Below are positions 16,938 to 27,653 of a stretch of 64,000 bases of DNA, in pieces. Origin of the DNA: an uncultured Nitrososphaerales archaeon (GTDB taxonomy: Archaea > Thermoproteota > Nitrososphaeria > Nitrososphaerales > Nitrososphaeraceae); assembly GCA_963841565.1 (NCBI GenBank), contig CAWJCY010000001.1, positions 1 through 64,000 of the forward strand. Direction: 5' to 3'. The notes under the pieces are model-generated. The model made no database searches and was not told the DNA's origin. It saw only the letters and a program-made list of their open reading frames with translations. The position numbers and the translations under genes are program-made. Within the stretch, counting starts at the first letter, position 1, and every line of letters begins with the position of its first letter.

Positions 16938-19055
16938 TCATATTAGCAGCAACATCACTAAAATCAAAATGCCCACCCCAAATACGAAGAGATATGTTTG
17001 TGTAATTCCTGTCTGTCCAGCCTTTACTATTTTGGAAAACGACGCTGTAGAGAATTGAAAAGCAGGGTTGATACCATCTATAATTGTACTCTCAAAGTAT
17101 CGCCATATTATCCTGTATACTAGCATAGGAATAATGACCGTTCCCCAATACAGTATAGAGTTGAGATACCACCTATTGTATAGGAATTTCCAAATCGCAC
17201 GAGTTACGATGCTTTTCGAGATAATCTCTGGGTTGAGCTTCCTGGCTATATAGAAAAGATACCCAAGGCCTCCACCAACCCCAAACGCTATCACTGAGGC
17301 AGCAACTGCTGCGTAGTTTATCTCAAATCTGCCTTCTACTTCTCGTTCTTGTTGTTCTTCACTTTCACCTCCTCCTGGGCCTTGTTGACCTGTCATTACT
17401 TCGCCCTGAGTGGATCCTTCTTCTGGAATCCCAAATGATGTATCCAAATACATAGCGAAGACGTGGTGCAATTCCTCTTCAAATGGGATCCCGATAAGGC
17501 CAATTGCGATTGTAGCGCCGGCCAATATTCCGAAGGGTACCCACATGACTTTACTTACTTCGTGCACATGGTGGCCTTTTGCATCCATCTCCTTAAGATG
17601 CTTGCTAGGCTCACCAAAGAAGGCCATTCCCAGCATTCTAAATGTATAGAATGCCGTCATGATCGCGACTATGACGGCTATTGCGAATAGAGGGATAGCG
17701 TATGTGTATCCAGATTCCAGCGTAGCAGCAAAAATCGAATCCTTGCTCCAGAATCCTGAGGTGACAAGTGGAGCACCGGCCAGCGATAGGCCTGCAAGCA
17801 GCATAAAGATGTATGTTTTCTTCATGTGTTTTCTTACTCCTCCCATATCAGTAAGGAACCTTGAACCGACAGCATGAAGCAATGCTCCTGCCCCCATGAA
17901 AAGCGATGCCTTAAATAAGGCATGACTGATTAGTTGGAAAAAGCCAGCGGTGTAACCGTCAACAAACTGAGTGGAGAGGCCAGCGATCCCAAGGGCCATC
18001 ATCATGTAGCCGATTTGAGACCCTGTAGAATAAGCCAACACCTTCTTGATTTCTGGGTTTACCAAAGCCTGAGTCGCCAGCAAAAACGCAGTAATGGCTC
18101 CAACCCAAGCAACCACTTCAAAGAATTGTGCCATATCAAATGCAGCAAGAGCAAAGAAAAGTGGGCCGATCCTTCCCACCAAAAAGACACCGGCCTTGAC
18201 CATAGTTGCGGCATGGATCAAAGCAGATACGGATGTTGGGCCTGTCATAGCTTCTAAAAGCCATTCATTTAATGGCAATTGTGCTGACTTTCCTACTGCC
18301 CCTCCAAATAGCAAGATTGCAGCCGGGACGAGCAAATTCTGGCTGCTCATCTCTACAGCCCAGCTCTGATCTGCAACAAGCTCCTTGAATCCAAATGTTC
18401 CTGCATAAATAAAGATCAAAAACATTCCTGCAAGCATCATTATGTCCCCTGCTTTGGTCATCAAGAACGCCTTCATTCCCGCATGAGTTGGAGAAGCCCA
18501 CATTGGAATCCCTAATGCCATATGACGCTCTCTGCCGACATAATCCTTCTTTTTATCGTAATACCAAAAGCCTATCAGGGCATAAGAGGCCAATCCGACA
18601 CCCTCCCAACCAAAGAAAAGCATTAGCAAGTTATCTGAGAGAACGATAAGCTGCATCGATCCGATAAAGAATAGCATAAAGAACCAATATCTTGTGAGAT
18701 CTCGTTCGCCATGCAGATAACCTACTGAATAAACAAAAATCAAAAATGATATCCACGCTACAACATTAGTCATAATAATTGCAAGAGGATCTGCTAGAAT
18801 TCCTGCATCAAGATTTAGTGCGCTAATCCAATTTATTTGGCTGTGAACTTCCGAATCCGTTAGCGCAAGTGGTATCAATGTGGCAGCAAGTATCGCACTT
18901 GCCAGCGAGAAGCCTACGGCAGTATAGTTTAAAAGGTTTGATTTATTTCTCCGCAGTGCTGGAATTAACGCTGCACCTATAAATGGTAGCATCCAGATTA
19001 GCCAGACGTTTATCGCTATTCCTTGAAATCCCATGACGCCATCTGCTGTTGTCAT
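16938..19055 (-). CDS. nuoL: complex I subunit L
   Basis: GWEGVGLASYALIGFW, GKSAQLPL..WL..AMTGPTSVSALIHAATMV. Confidence 0.95.
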   Translation of the reverse strand: MTTADGVMGFQGIAINVWLIWMLPFIGAALIPALRRNKSNLLNYTAVGFSLASAILAATLIPLALTDSEVHSQINWISALNLDAGILADPLAIIMTNVVAWISFLIFVYSVGYLHGERDLTRYWFFMLFFIGSMQLIVLSDNLLMLFFGWEGVGLASYALIGFWYYDKKKDYVGRERHMALGIPMWASPTHAGMKAFLMTKAGDIMMLAGMFLIFIYAGTFGFKELVADQSWAVEMSSQNLLVPAAILLFGGAVGKSAQLPLNEWLLEAMTGPTSVSALIHAATMVKAGVFLVGRIGPLFFALAAFDMAQFFEVVAWVGAITAFLLATQALVNPEIKKVLAYSTGSQIGYMMMALGIAGLSTQFVDGYTAGFFQLISHALFKASLFMGAGALLHAVGSRFLTDMGGVRKHMKKTYIFMLLAGLSLAGAPLVTSGFWSKDSIFAATLESGYTYAIPLFAIAVIVAIMTAFYTFRMLGMAFFGEPSKHLKEMDAKGHHVHEVSKVMWVPFGILAGATIAIGLIGIPFEEELHHVFAMYLDTSFGIPEEGSTQGEVMTGQQGPGGGESEEQQEREVEGRFEINYAAVAASVIAFGVGGGLGYLFYIARKLNPEIISKSIVTRAIWKFLYNRWYLNSILYWGTVIIPMLVYRIIWRYFESTIIDGINPAFQFSTASFSKIVKAGQTGITQTYLFVFGVGILILVMLLLI

Positions 19056-19057
19056 AA

Positions 19058-21022
19058 CTAGGCTAATCCTCCTACTGCTCCCGCTCCTACCCCAGTTCCT
19101 TCTCCTACTAATTTGTCCATTCTTCCTTTATCCGCCATATTTGGAACATAATAGTACAGTATGGATTGTTGTGGCACACTTACTTGACCAGGATTCTCAT
19201 TCAAGAACACATTGTGCAATTGTGCGGCAGCAGCATAGTCACCGTTCGATACTTGGCTCCTTTGCATAGAAGATGAGGATGTTACATTTGTCGCCCCCTC
19301 TCCTCCACCGCTGCCGTCGCTGCCGCCCTCTGCAGTTGGTAAAGGAAGAACTTCAGGAGTACCTGAGAACATATTGGAGATATAACCGGTTATTGGAACA
19401 AGAAACACGTCAGGATAGACTCCTACGATTAAGGTCATAGCCGCTAAAAATGCCATTGTTGCCGTGATATATCTGTTTGAATCCTTGACGTGTACGAGTC
19501 TCTCTGGAATCTTGCCAAAGAAAACTCTTTTGTACATCCATAGAATATATCCGGCAGTAAGCAGGGTTGCAACCAGTCCTAAAGCAAATACAACGACTCG
19601 AAGAGTGTCGGCGTGCTCTATTCCTGATTGTAGAGCACCGTTGAATGTTATCCATTCAGACATAAATCCACTAGTAGGAGGTATCCCTATGATAGTAAGA
19701 CCACCGATCATTGCCAAGACCGCCGTATATGGCATCTTTCCAGCCAACCCGCCCAATTGACTCATGCTCCTCGTTCCTGTTTGGAGGATAATTGAACCGG
19801 CCATCATGAAGAGCAATGCCTTTCCCAGGCCGTGAGAAACATAGATCAGTGTCGCCCCGCTGATACCCAAAACGCTTTCAGATCCCAGACCAAACAGGAT
19901 GTACCCCATCTGACTAATGCTAGAGTATGCAAGAACTCTTTTGATGTCATCTTGCATCAAAGCCATCGCACCTCCATAGATCATTGTAATCAATCCCCAA
20001 ATGTTGATGTATATGCTGTATTGTGTATAGTCTCCGGTCAAAAGGTCCATCCATAACCTGAGAAGGCCATATGCACCTATACCGATCATCGCCGGCGATA
20101 ACAGAGCGGAAATAGGGGTGGGAGCTTCAGAGTGCGCATAGGGAAGCCAAATATGAAGGCCGAACGCAGCAAGCTTCACTCCTAAACCAATTACCAATGA
20201 GAATATTATTAATGACATCCATTCTGCAGGGATCTTGCTTGCATTCTCTTTTACAGTAACGTAATCAAATCCGCCTGCAAAAAAGCCCATAGCCAAAAGA
20301 CCTAAAAGCAGAATCACAGCACCAACATGTGTCCAGAAAAAGAACATTAGGGCTATTCTTCGTTTTGCTCCATAGCCGTAAAATGCAATCATGAAAAAGG
20401 CTGGAACTAGCATCAGCTCAAAGAAGACGTAAAATTCGATGAGGTTAGTTGCAAGGACCGTGCCCAACATCCCCATTGAGAATGTAAGGTAGAGTGCAAA
20501 GTACAGCCCCGTCTGAGTCCTTACATAGCCTTCCTTTTCAACAAGGGTCGTCATCTGAGACGTAGTTTCAATATTTGTTCTTGTAGAGGGAGAAGAAGAG
20601 GAAGAAGATGGCATATGCTCCGATCCACTGCCTGAATTGGACGGTCGTTCACCATGATCGGAATGCCCTCCGCCAAATTGTGCGTCAGCATCTTCCTGGA
20701 TCTTGTGTAACATGTATGGTTTGGAATACAAAGCAAGCACAGTACACAGAATGTAGATTATTATAGCAAATGGTATACTAAGTCCGTCTAATCTAAGGCC
20801 AAAGTTACCGAACTGACTCCATGAGAAAGATTCTTCGTGAACAGGATTGTCTTTATCAATTGATAGAATGGGGGCTAGGAGAAAACACGTAGAGATAGCC
20901 AAAACTCCAAATGAAAACCAAGTAACCAGTTGAATTCCCCTCTTTCTACCCAATATAAAGGCCAAAGGAGAAAGGAGAAGCGGAAGAAATATTGCAGCCA
21001 TTAAATAAAAAGATTCCGCCAT
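19058..21022 (-). CDS. nuoM: complex I subunit M
   Basis: FYVFFELMLVP, LHIWLPYAHSEAP, DDIKRVLAYSSISQMG. Confidence 0.95.
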   Translation of the reverse strand: MAESFYLMAAIFLPLLLSPLAFILGRKRGIQLVTWFSFGVLAISTCFLLAPILSIDKDNPVHEESFSWSQFGNFGLRLDGLSIPFAIIIYILCTVLALYSKPYMLHKIQEDADAQFGGGHSDHGERPSNSGSGSEHMPSSSSSSPSTRTNIETTSQMTTLVEKEGYVRTQTGLYFALYLTFSMGMLGTVLATNLIEFYVFFELMLVPAFFMIAFYGYGAKRRIALMFFFWTHVGAVILLLGLLAMGFFAGGFDYVTVKENASKIPAEWMSLIIFSLVIGLGVKLAAFGLHIWLPYAHSEAPTPISALLSPAMIGIGAYGLLRLWMDLLTGDYTQYSIYINIWGLITMIYGGAMALMQDDIKRVLAYSSISQMGYILFGLGSESVLGISGATLIYVSHGLGKALLFMMAGSIILQTGTRSMSQLGGLAGKMPYTAVLAMIGGLTIIGIPPTSGFMSEWITFNGALQSGIEHADTLRVVVFALGLVATLLTAGYILWMYKRVFFGKIPERLVHVKDSNRYITATMAFLAAMTLIVGVYPDVFLVPITGYISNMFSGTPEVLPLPTAEGGSDGSGGGEGATNVTSSSSMQRSQVSNGDYAAAAQLHNVFLNENPGQVSVPQQSILYYYVPNMADKGRMDKLVGEGTGVGAGAVGGLA

Positions 21023-21030
21023 CTATCTTG

Positions 21031-21333
21031 TTACCCTCTTAAGGACTTAAATTCTTCAACATCAATTTCTTTGTAAAGTCTGTAAGCTATGATAATTATT
21101 CCCAGCCCCACAGCGACTTCAGCTGCCGCTATTGCTATCGAAAATAGCGCAAACGTTTGTCCTTGTACGTTAGATAGCCCCCGTGAGAAAGCTACCAAGT
21201 TTAGATTAGCTGCATTTGCAACTATTTCGATCGCAAAGATCATCCTTATTGCGCTACGTTTGGCGACAAGTCCATAAATTCCTATTCCAAATAGGATTGT
21301 CGAAATTATTACATAATCAATTATCTCAACCAT
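21031..21333 (-). CDS. nuoK: complex I subunit K
   Basis: IEIVANAANLN...IAAAEVAVGL. Confidence 0.95.
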   Translation of the reverse strand: MVEIIDYVIISTILFGIGIYGLVAKRSAIRMIFAIEIVANAANLNLVAFSRGLSNVQGQTFALFSIAIAAAEVAVGLGIIIIAYRLYKEIDVEEFKSLRG

Positions 21334-21856
21334 CTTTTGTTTCTATATCCTCCCTTCTAGCCAGAGCAAGTGCTCCAATAATTGACCCACCAAGGACTAA
21401 TCCCAAAGCTATCAGCACCGGTGAGTAATAGGTTAACATTTCTTCCCCTATGGCTTTAAAATCGACCGGGGGCATCTGCAGATTCATTAACTGCGGATTA
21501 CTTAGTCCTGACACTAGTAACAAAGCACCAAGTCCGATCATAAATATAAGTACAGGTACAACTCCAGAAGCCTTTCTTCCTTTATCTTCCTTGGTTGAAA
21601 ATAATGCCTGAGTTCTAACAAGCATCACAGTAAAGATAATCAGCACGGCAACAGCACCAACGTAAACAAGAATCTGAAACATGGCAACAAAAGGAGAATC
21701 TAGGAGAAGGAAGAACCCTGCGATACCTAACATGGAGATCGCAAGTGCTATTCCCCCATAGATTAGCTCTCTTGTTTCAAGTGCCACTATAGCTGAGCCG
21801 ACAGTTAAGGCAGAGACAGCCAAAAACACAGGGTCATCCATTACCATGGTTAGCAC
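21326..21856 (-). CDS. nuoJ: complex I subunit J
   Basis: FVAMFQILVYVGAVAVL. Confidence 0.93.
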   Translation of the reverse strand: MLTMVMDDPVFLAVSALTVGSAIVALETRELIYGGIALAISMLGIAGFFLLLDSPFVAMFQILVYVGAVAVLIIFTVMLVRTQALFSTKEDKGRKASGVVPVLIFMIGLGALLLVSGLSNPQLMNLQMPPVDFKAIGEEMLTYYSPVLIALGLVLGGSIIGALALARREDIETKDG

Positions 21857-22340
21857 CCATCCTATCTATCTTAATTTCCACTTCTCCATCGTACTTTGGT
21901 TTTACTGCTAATTGGGCAGGTGTATATATCAAGTGCTCTTTTGTGAAGGCTGATAATTCATAATCATCTGTCATGTACAATGCATAGAATGGGCAGGCAT
22001 CAACGCATAATCCACAAAAGACGCATTTTCCATAATCGATTTGTGGCATTATTGCTTTCTTGTTTTGCTTCCACTGTTCATCAACTTTGACCATTCCAAT
22101 GGCTTCTGCTATACCTTCGCATGCAATGGCACATAACTGACATCCTGTACATTTGTCATGAAAGAGAATATGTCTTCCTCTATATCCAGCTATCCCTACA
22201 CCACGCTTTGGATCAAACTGATATCCATCGCCAACAAATTTCAACTTCTCCTCTGGATATCTAAAGGTAAACCTCTTGATCAAAAGATGTTTTGATCCTG
22301 ATTCAATAGTCTTGATAAACCCACTAGCTGTACTACTCAA
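21834..22340 (-). CDS. nuoI: complex I subunit I (2x[4Fe-4S])
   Basis: CTGCQLCAIAC and CVFCGLCVDACP; likely TTG start at 22340 overlapping the nuoH stop. Confidence 0.93.
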   Translation of the reverse strand: MSSTASGFIKTIESGSKHLLIKRFTFRYPEEKLKFVGDGYQFDPKRGVGIAGYRGRHILFHDKCTGCQLCAIACEGIAEAIGMVKVDEQWKQNKKAIMPQIDYGKCVFCGLCVDACPFYALYMTDDYELSAFTKEHLIYTPAQLAVKPKYDGEVEIKIDRMGANHGNG

Positions 22341-23651
22341 TTTGGTGTTAACAAACCCCCCGGCCCCAGTACTCCTCCATAAATCAAAGCTAGAGCTATA
22401 AACATGTTTATGAATGACAGGACGATCAGTTTGTACCACCCTGTATGTAACAAGATGTCTATTCTAATTCTAGGATTAATACCACGAATCACTAGCATTA
22501 AATGGATCATAAGAAAGGTCTTTGCGGTGAACCAGAATATTGCATTTGCAGTTGGGCCATGATAAAGTCCCTCCAAAGTAAGCAGCTGTAAAAGTGGAGG
22601 TTTCTCACCAGGCGGTCCCAGCTGATCGGGGAAGATCTGTGGACCCATCCATCCACCCAAAAATAAAACCACAAAGAGCGCCGCCAGAGCATACAACTTG
22701 ACATAGGTTCCCAACTGGATCAAGCCATAAATCATGCCTGAAGTCTCTGTAAGCCAGCCTGCTACTATCTCACTTTCTGCTTCTGGAAGGTCGAAGGGAA
22801 TTCTCTCCAGCTCAGCCAAGGATGACATGAAGAAGACAAAAGCGCTGATCGGCAAAAAGAGAATGAACCAGTACGATGATTGGGCATACGTAATTTCGGT
22901 AAGATTCAAGGATCCAGATAAAATGACCACAGATAGCGCTGAGAGAATAAATGGAATTTCAAAGGCGATGAGTTGGTGTAACGCCCGCAGGCCACCAATG
23001 AAGGGATACTTACTGTTGCTCGCCCACGAAAAAAGTACTTCAATTAGCGGGAAAAACCCGAATATTGCGAACGCAACGATTAAGCCTACGTCAATATTGG
23101 AAACCACCCAACCAGGTGCAACAGGAATGAGGCAGACAACTGCAGCAGCGGCAGCTACAAATGCAATTGGAGCGGCCCAAAATATCGGCTTATCTGCTCC
23201 TGCAGGAACCAGAATTTCTTTTGAAACCAGCTTCAAACCGTCAGCGACCAACTGGAAGATTCCTTCGAAGCCCGTTCCCAGAGCCTCGCGTCCTGCATGA
23301 GATGGACCCACTCTTAATTGCATCCTGGCGAGAAACTTTCTTTCTATGAAGATTGTAGCGGCTGCTATGAGTGGCAGCGTACATGAACCCCGGGAAAACT
23401 GCGACTCTAAAGAATTCCGTATAGATTAGAAAGTTGAGAATTGGAAGGGTTCTAGTGGGGTCAACCATCATAGATAGAAAGAGGTATGGAGTAAGCACCT
23501 CCCCGTTTGCCAACGGCAATGGAACGTAGAATAATATGACGAAGATAAGAGGAAGTACAATGACGGTGACAATGATAAGTACCCAAAATAGTAACCAAAC
23601 CACGCTAGCAACAAATGGGCCGAATCTAAAGTCCTCGATTGGTGTAGCCAT
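22337..23651 (-). CDS. nuoH: complex I subunit H (frameshift ~23373)
   Basis: ERK..ARMQLRVGP, ADGLKL, PFDLPEAESEIVAG. The two ORFs join by removing one C. Confidence 0.92.
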
Positions 23652-23657
23652 TGCTCC

Positions 23658-24818
23658 TCACCGATCTGCCTCCACAGGCCAATAATTCAAGGACCAGTAT
23701 ACTGATGGCATATCTCCCAATTTTGAACCAACCAGTAAATGAGGAAGTGCCAACAAATTTCTAAATGACCCGACAGATATCTTTACTCGATACGGTCTAG
23801 GAGTCCCATCACTAACAATATAGTAGCCAAGCGCACCTCTCCCAGATTCTACCCGTCTGTATGCTTCCCCGGGTGGCCCTTTGGGGTTAGGCTGAAGCTT
23901 CGCTCTTACCTCTCCTGATTCAGGCATCTTGTCCAGGAGTTGTGTAATAATATGACATGATTCCCTCATATCCAGTAATGGGACGTACGCACGTGCAAAT
24001 GAATCACATGTTTTCAGATACTGCACATTGAAATCTATCTCATCATAAATGTCATAAGGCTCAGCTTTTCTGATATCGTAAGGTACGCCCGAAGCTCTAA
24101 GAACAGAACCGGTAACCCCCAATTTGATAGCATCCTCTTTTGTCAGGATTGCCACGCCTTCAGTTCGCTGTCTAAGTAATGGATTATTGTAGAAAATGTC
24201 TTCATACTCTTTTAGTCGTTTCTCGAAATATGAAACCTGTCTTAAACATCTGTCTTTGAAACCATAAGGAATATCGTTCCTAACTCCCCCAGGAATGTTA
24301 TATGCATGAGTAACGCGTGCACCTGTTAAAGCTTCCATAAGATCTATGATTAATTCCCTGTCTCCCGTAGGCCACATGAACATTGTGGAATGGCCCAGAA
24401 AGATTCCGTAAATAGCAAGCCAATAGAGCGTATAAATTTGCCTATTAAGCTCGGAAGCAATGGCTCTAATAAACTGCGCTCTTCTTGGAACATCAATCTT
24501 GACTAGTTCTTCCACCGCAAGACTATATGAATATGTAATGTTACTAGAATCATGGATCACCGGTCTTTCCAAATGTGGAATATTCTGAATAAAGTTCCTA
24601 TACTCACACATCTTCTCTTCACCACGATGAACATATCCAGGGTCAGGATCGCAGTCCACGATATAATCACCATCGACCTTAACGGTAAATCTGAAATGTC
24701 CAGAGCCCGGATGTTGTGGTCCAACGCTCAGGGTCATAAGTCGGTCCTCTTCGGCCTCCTTGACTATCTCTAACCCGAGTCTTGTAGTTTCTGAGATTCT
24801 TTCCTCTTGATCAGACAT
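23658..24818 (-). CDS. nuoD: complex I subunit D
   Basis: VGPQHPGSGHFR, GYVHRGEEK, ESGRGALG. Confidence 0.95.
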   Translation of the reverse strand: MSDQEERISETTRLGLEIVKEAEEDRLMTLSVGPQHPGSGHFRFTVKVDGDYIVDCDPDPGYVHRGEEKMCEYRNFIQNIPHLERPVIHDSSNITYSYSLAVEELVKIDVPRRAQFIRAIASELNRQIYTLYWLAIYGIFLGHSTMFMWPTGDRELIIDLMEALTGARVTHAYNIPGGVRNDIPYGFKDRCLRQVSYFEKRLKEYEDIFYNNPLLRQRTEGVAILTKEDAIKLGVTGSVLRASGVPYDIRKAEPYDIYDEIDFNVQYLKTCDSFARAYVPLLDMRESCHIITQLLDKMPESGEVRAKLQPNPKGPPGEAYRRVESGRGALGYYIVSDGTPRPYRVKISVGSFRNLLALPHLLVGSKLGDMPSVYWSLNYWPVEADR

Positions 24819-24822
24819 GCGA

Positions 24823-25464
24823 TTACCTTCCCTTTATCCTAAACTCCTTTCGCAAAGGTGGAATATCAGCCCAGTCCTCGGGTAAGAGAAAGCGATCGTT
24901 TCTTGGATGGTTGTCAAAATAGACTCCAACCATCTCAAAGGATTCCCGTTCGTGATATTCGACACTTTTGAAAACTTCGATTAATGACGGGAGCCTAGCA
25001 TTGTTTCGATCGGTCCGTGTAGACAGAGCGAGGATATGTGATGAAAGATTCTCCCTCGTATAGGAACCTAAATGGTAGATGACTTCAATGTCACCAGTCT
25101 TGGGGTAATCTGTGGCGCTTACTGACTCTGCATGATCAAAGCCTGATTCGTCCCGTATGTGACTTGCAATCTCGACGATATCCTTTGATGGGACTTCGAT
25201 CTTGATGCGAAGCGGTTTGACATAAACAACCTTTATTGAATCTCCGAACTTTGAAACAAGGCTGTCGATAATTCCCTTCTCAAACTGCGGAAGCTCAGCC
25301 TTCTCTGACGTCACCTGTACAGAAGTGCTGTTTGATGGTTTTGGCACTACGCTGCCGGTTTCTCCTTGCTTCTCGGAAGTTGTGGGGAGATCCTTGTTAG
25401 AGGTGACTGAGGATGCAGGGTTGCCTTTATCGTTACCTTGGGATGAACCATCTGGTTTGCTCAT
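24823..25464 (-). CDS. nuoC: complex I subunit C
   Basis: HERESFEMVGVYFDNHP...LPEDW..PPLRKEF; start MSKPD at 25464 follows the nuoB stop. Confidence 0.93.
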   Translation of the reverse strand: MSKPDGSSQGNDKGNPASSVTSNKDLPTTSEKQGETGSVVPKPSNSTSVQVTSEKAELPQFEKGIIDSLVSKFGDSIKVVYVKPLRIKIEVPSKDIVEIASHIRDESGFDHAESVSATDYPKTGDIEVIYHLGSYTRENLSSHILALSTRTDRNNARLPSLIEVFKSVEYHERESFEMVGVYFDNHPRNDRFLLPEDWADIPPLRKEFRIKGR

Positions 25465-25465
25465 A

Positions 25466-25981
25466 CTATTTGATCTTTGACCTTTTGATCTTTTCCTGAA
25501 GTAGCATAGTACCTTGGATAAGTGTCTCAGGGCGCGGAGGACAACCAGGAACGTAGACATCAACTGGAATGATTCCATCTACGCCAGGAAGTACATTGTA
25601 AGAATCTATATAGAGACCCCCTGTAATTGCACATGCACCCATAGCAATTACATATTTTGGTTCAGGCATTTGATCATAAACCATCCTCAATCTAGGGGCC
25701 ATCTTTCTTGTGACAGTACCTTGTACTACAATCAAGTCACATTGTCTAAGCGAACCAAACGCCTCGATTATACCAAATCTTTCGACATCATATCTTGGGC
25801 CCGAGGCAGCTCCAAATTCTACACTGCAGCATGCTGTCTCCAGATGGACTGGCCACAATGACCAGACTCTTCCCCAATTTATGGCATACCCCAGCGGCTT
25901 ATCAAGAGCCCTTACTAAGACATCTCCAACTTTACTAACCATCAAGTTGAAGTTTGTAGGATTTACAAGGTCCTTTATCAT
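25466..25981 (-). CDS. nuoB: complex I subunit B
   Basis: TACCSVE, MGACAITGG, VPGCPPRPE. Confidence 0.96.
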   Translation of the reverse strand: MIKDLVNPTNFNLMVSKVGDVLVRALDKPLGYAINWGRVWSLWPVHLETACCSVEFGAASGPRYDVERFGIIEAFGSLRQCDLIVVQGTVTRKMAPRLRMVYDQMPEPKYVIAMGACAITGGLYIDSYNVLPGVDGIIPVDVYVPGCPPRPETLIQGTMLLQEKIKRSKIK

Positions 25982-26042
25982 TGTCGGAACCTAACTCCAC
26001 CTCTGCTTGCTAAGTATTTATTCATTGTCAAAATCATCTGTG

Positions 26043-26417
26043 CTACCAAATTCCCTTTCTCCCTGACAAGTATAATGAGTACCCCATAGCGGCAAACATT
26101 ATCGCCAAGAACCCAATAATCGGTAAAGTAGCACTTCTAGGCAACGAAAACAAAGAAACCCCCCAGATATAAAGGAAAATAGCCATAACATCAAAAACCA
26201 CGAACATCAAAATGTAGGCATAGTATTGCATCATAAAATGAGTGCGACCTTCACCGGAGGGTACTTGACCGCATTCCATAGGCAGAAATTTCACAGGATT
26301 ATAACGACGTCTGGGAGAGATAAGGCGAGAAATTACAATAGCAGGAATAGATACGAGAAGACCAAAACCGAGCATATATATAATTGGAGAAAACTGTGCT
26401 GCGGTCTCACCTGCCAA
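26043..26417 (-). CDS. nuoA: complex I subunit A
   Basis: KFLPMECG, YY..ILMFVVFDV. Confidence 0.93.
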   Translation of the reverse strand: MAGETAAQFSPIIYMLGFGLLVSIPAIVISRLISPRRRYNPVKFLPMECGQVPSGEGRTHFMMQYYAYILMFVVFDVMAIFLYIWGVSLFSLPRSATLPIIGFLAIMFAAMGYSLYLSGRKGIW

Positions 26418-26462
26418 TTCAAGTGTGGCTGGTGATATTTCCTATAAAAATCTTGCCTTATC

Positions 26463-27653
26463 TTATGTGACGAGTCTGAACAAGGATCTTGCCAGAAGTT
26501 TAGGATGGCTTAGACCAAGTTTTAACATCTTTGAACGACTGAAATCTGCTCTAATAAAGTCTAGAAATTCGTCCATCTTTAGTCCCGAAATAATATCAAG
26601 TTCCTGATCCCATTCGTTGTCTGATAGCTTTAGCCATCTGGATTGGACCTTAAGTGCCGAAGAGATTTTAGAAGAGAGAATGCGCTTGCAAGTGGTCTCA
26701 TAGGTCATGAGATGCTCTCTTGACCCATTGAATGGTATTGAAGATGCGGCAACTTCTCCAGCCAATCTACCAAACCTAATTGCAAATCGTATGCCTTCCA
26801 GTAACAAAGGGTTGGAAAAACCGGCAGAGTCCCCCACCAACATTATGCCATCATCAACAAAGCTCTTGACTAAACCTTGATTTGGTATCAATCCATAATG
26901 AAATTCCAGAGTTTGGATATTCTTAATTCTGTCCAATGGCTTTAGCCGATTCTCAATTATCTGGTTTAGCTTTTTTATTGGATCCTCTATGGTATCTGGC
27001 CTACCCACACCCACCCCAATTCTAATTCTATTCTTGTTAACTGGGAAAATCCATGCATATCCAGCGGCCGAATACATACTTCCGACCATGAGGTACCACG
27101 TTTCTGTATCCAAATCATCACAATAGCATTCATACTCTGCTCCAGCTCCGTATCTACTCCATGCACTCAAGAATCCAAGCTTACGACCTATTTCCGCTCT
27201 AAACCCACTTGCATCTATGATTATTGTAGACTGGACATCTTCTTCTCCAGATAGTGATTTGATTCGAACATATCTTTCACCAGCTGAGGGATTCAGTTTA
27301 ATGTTGACTACATTGCTTCTTACTCGGATCTCAGCTCCTGCCGCAGCTGCAGTAGTTCCCAAATATTGGTACGCTCTCCTGACATCTAAAACACAACAAT
27401 CAGGACGATCTGAAGTTAAAGTAACCTCATTGTGAGGAGAAATAAAACAATAATTTCTAACTGGATTGTAATATTCTTGAGGAATTCCAAGATCCCTCAT
27501 ATCAGAGATCCAGGTGACTCCACTTGTTCTAACATATTGAGCGATAGAGTCTTCTCTTTCAAAGAGTGCAACCTTGCAACCGGCTTTTGCAGCCGCTTGG
27601 GCAGCTGAAAGACCGGCGGGTCCCCCACCGACGACTGCTACATCATATTTCAT
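26463..27653 (-). CDS. geranylgeranyl reductase-family flavoprotein
   Basis: YDVAVVGGGPAG, IIDASG, GYAWIFP, LVGDSAG..NPL..EGI. Confidence 0.9.
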   Translation of the reverse strand: MKYDVAVVGGGPAGLSAAQAAAKAGCKVALFEREDSIAQYVRTSGVTWISDMRDLGIPQEYYNPVRNYCFISPHNEVTLTSDRPDCCVLDVRRAYQYLGTTAAAAGAEIRVRSNVVNIKLNPSAGERYVRIKSLSGEEDVQSTIIIDASGFRAEIGRKLGFLSAWSRYGAGAEYECYCDDLDTETWYLMVGSMYSAAGYAWIFPVNKNRIRIGVGVGRPDTIEDPIKKLNQIIENRLKPLDRIKNIQTLEFHYGLIPNQGLVKSFVDDGIMLVGDSAGFSNPLLLEGIRFAIRFGRLAGEVAASSIPFNGSREHLMTYETTCKRILSSKISSALKVQSRWLKLSDNEWDQELDIISGLKMDEFLDFIRADFSRSKMLKLGLSHPKLLARSLFRLVT

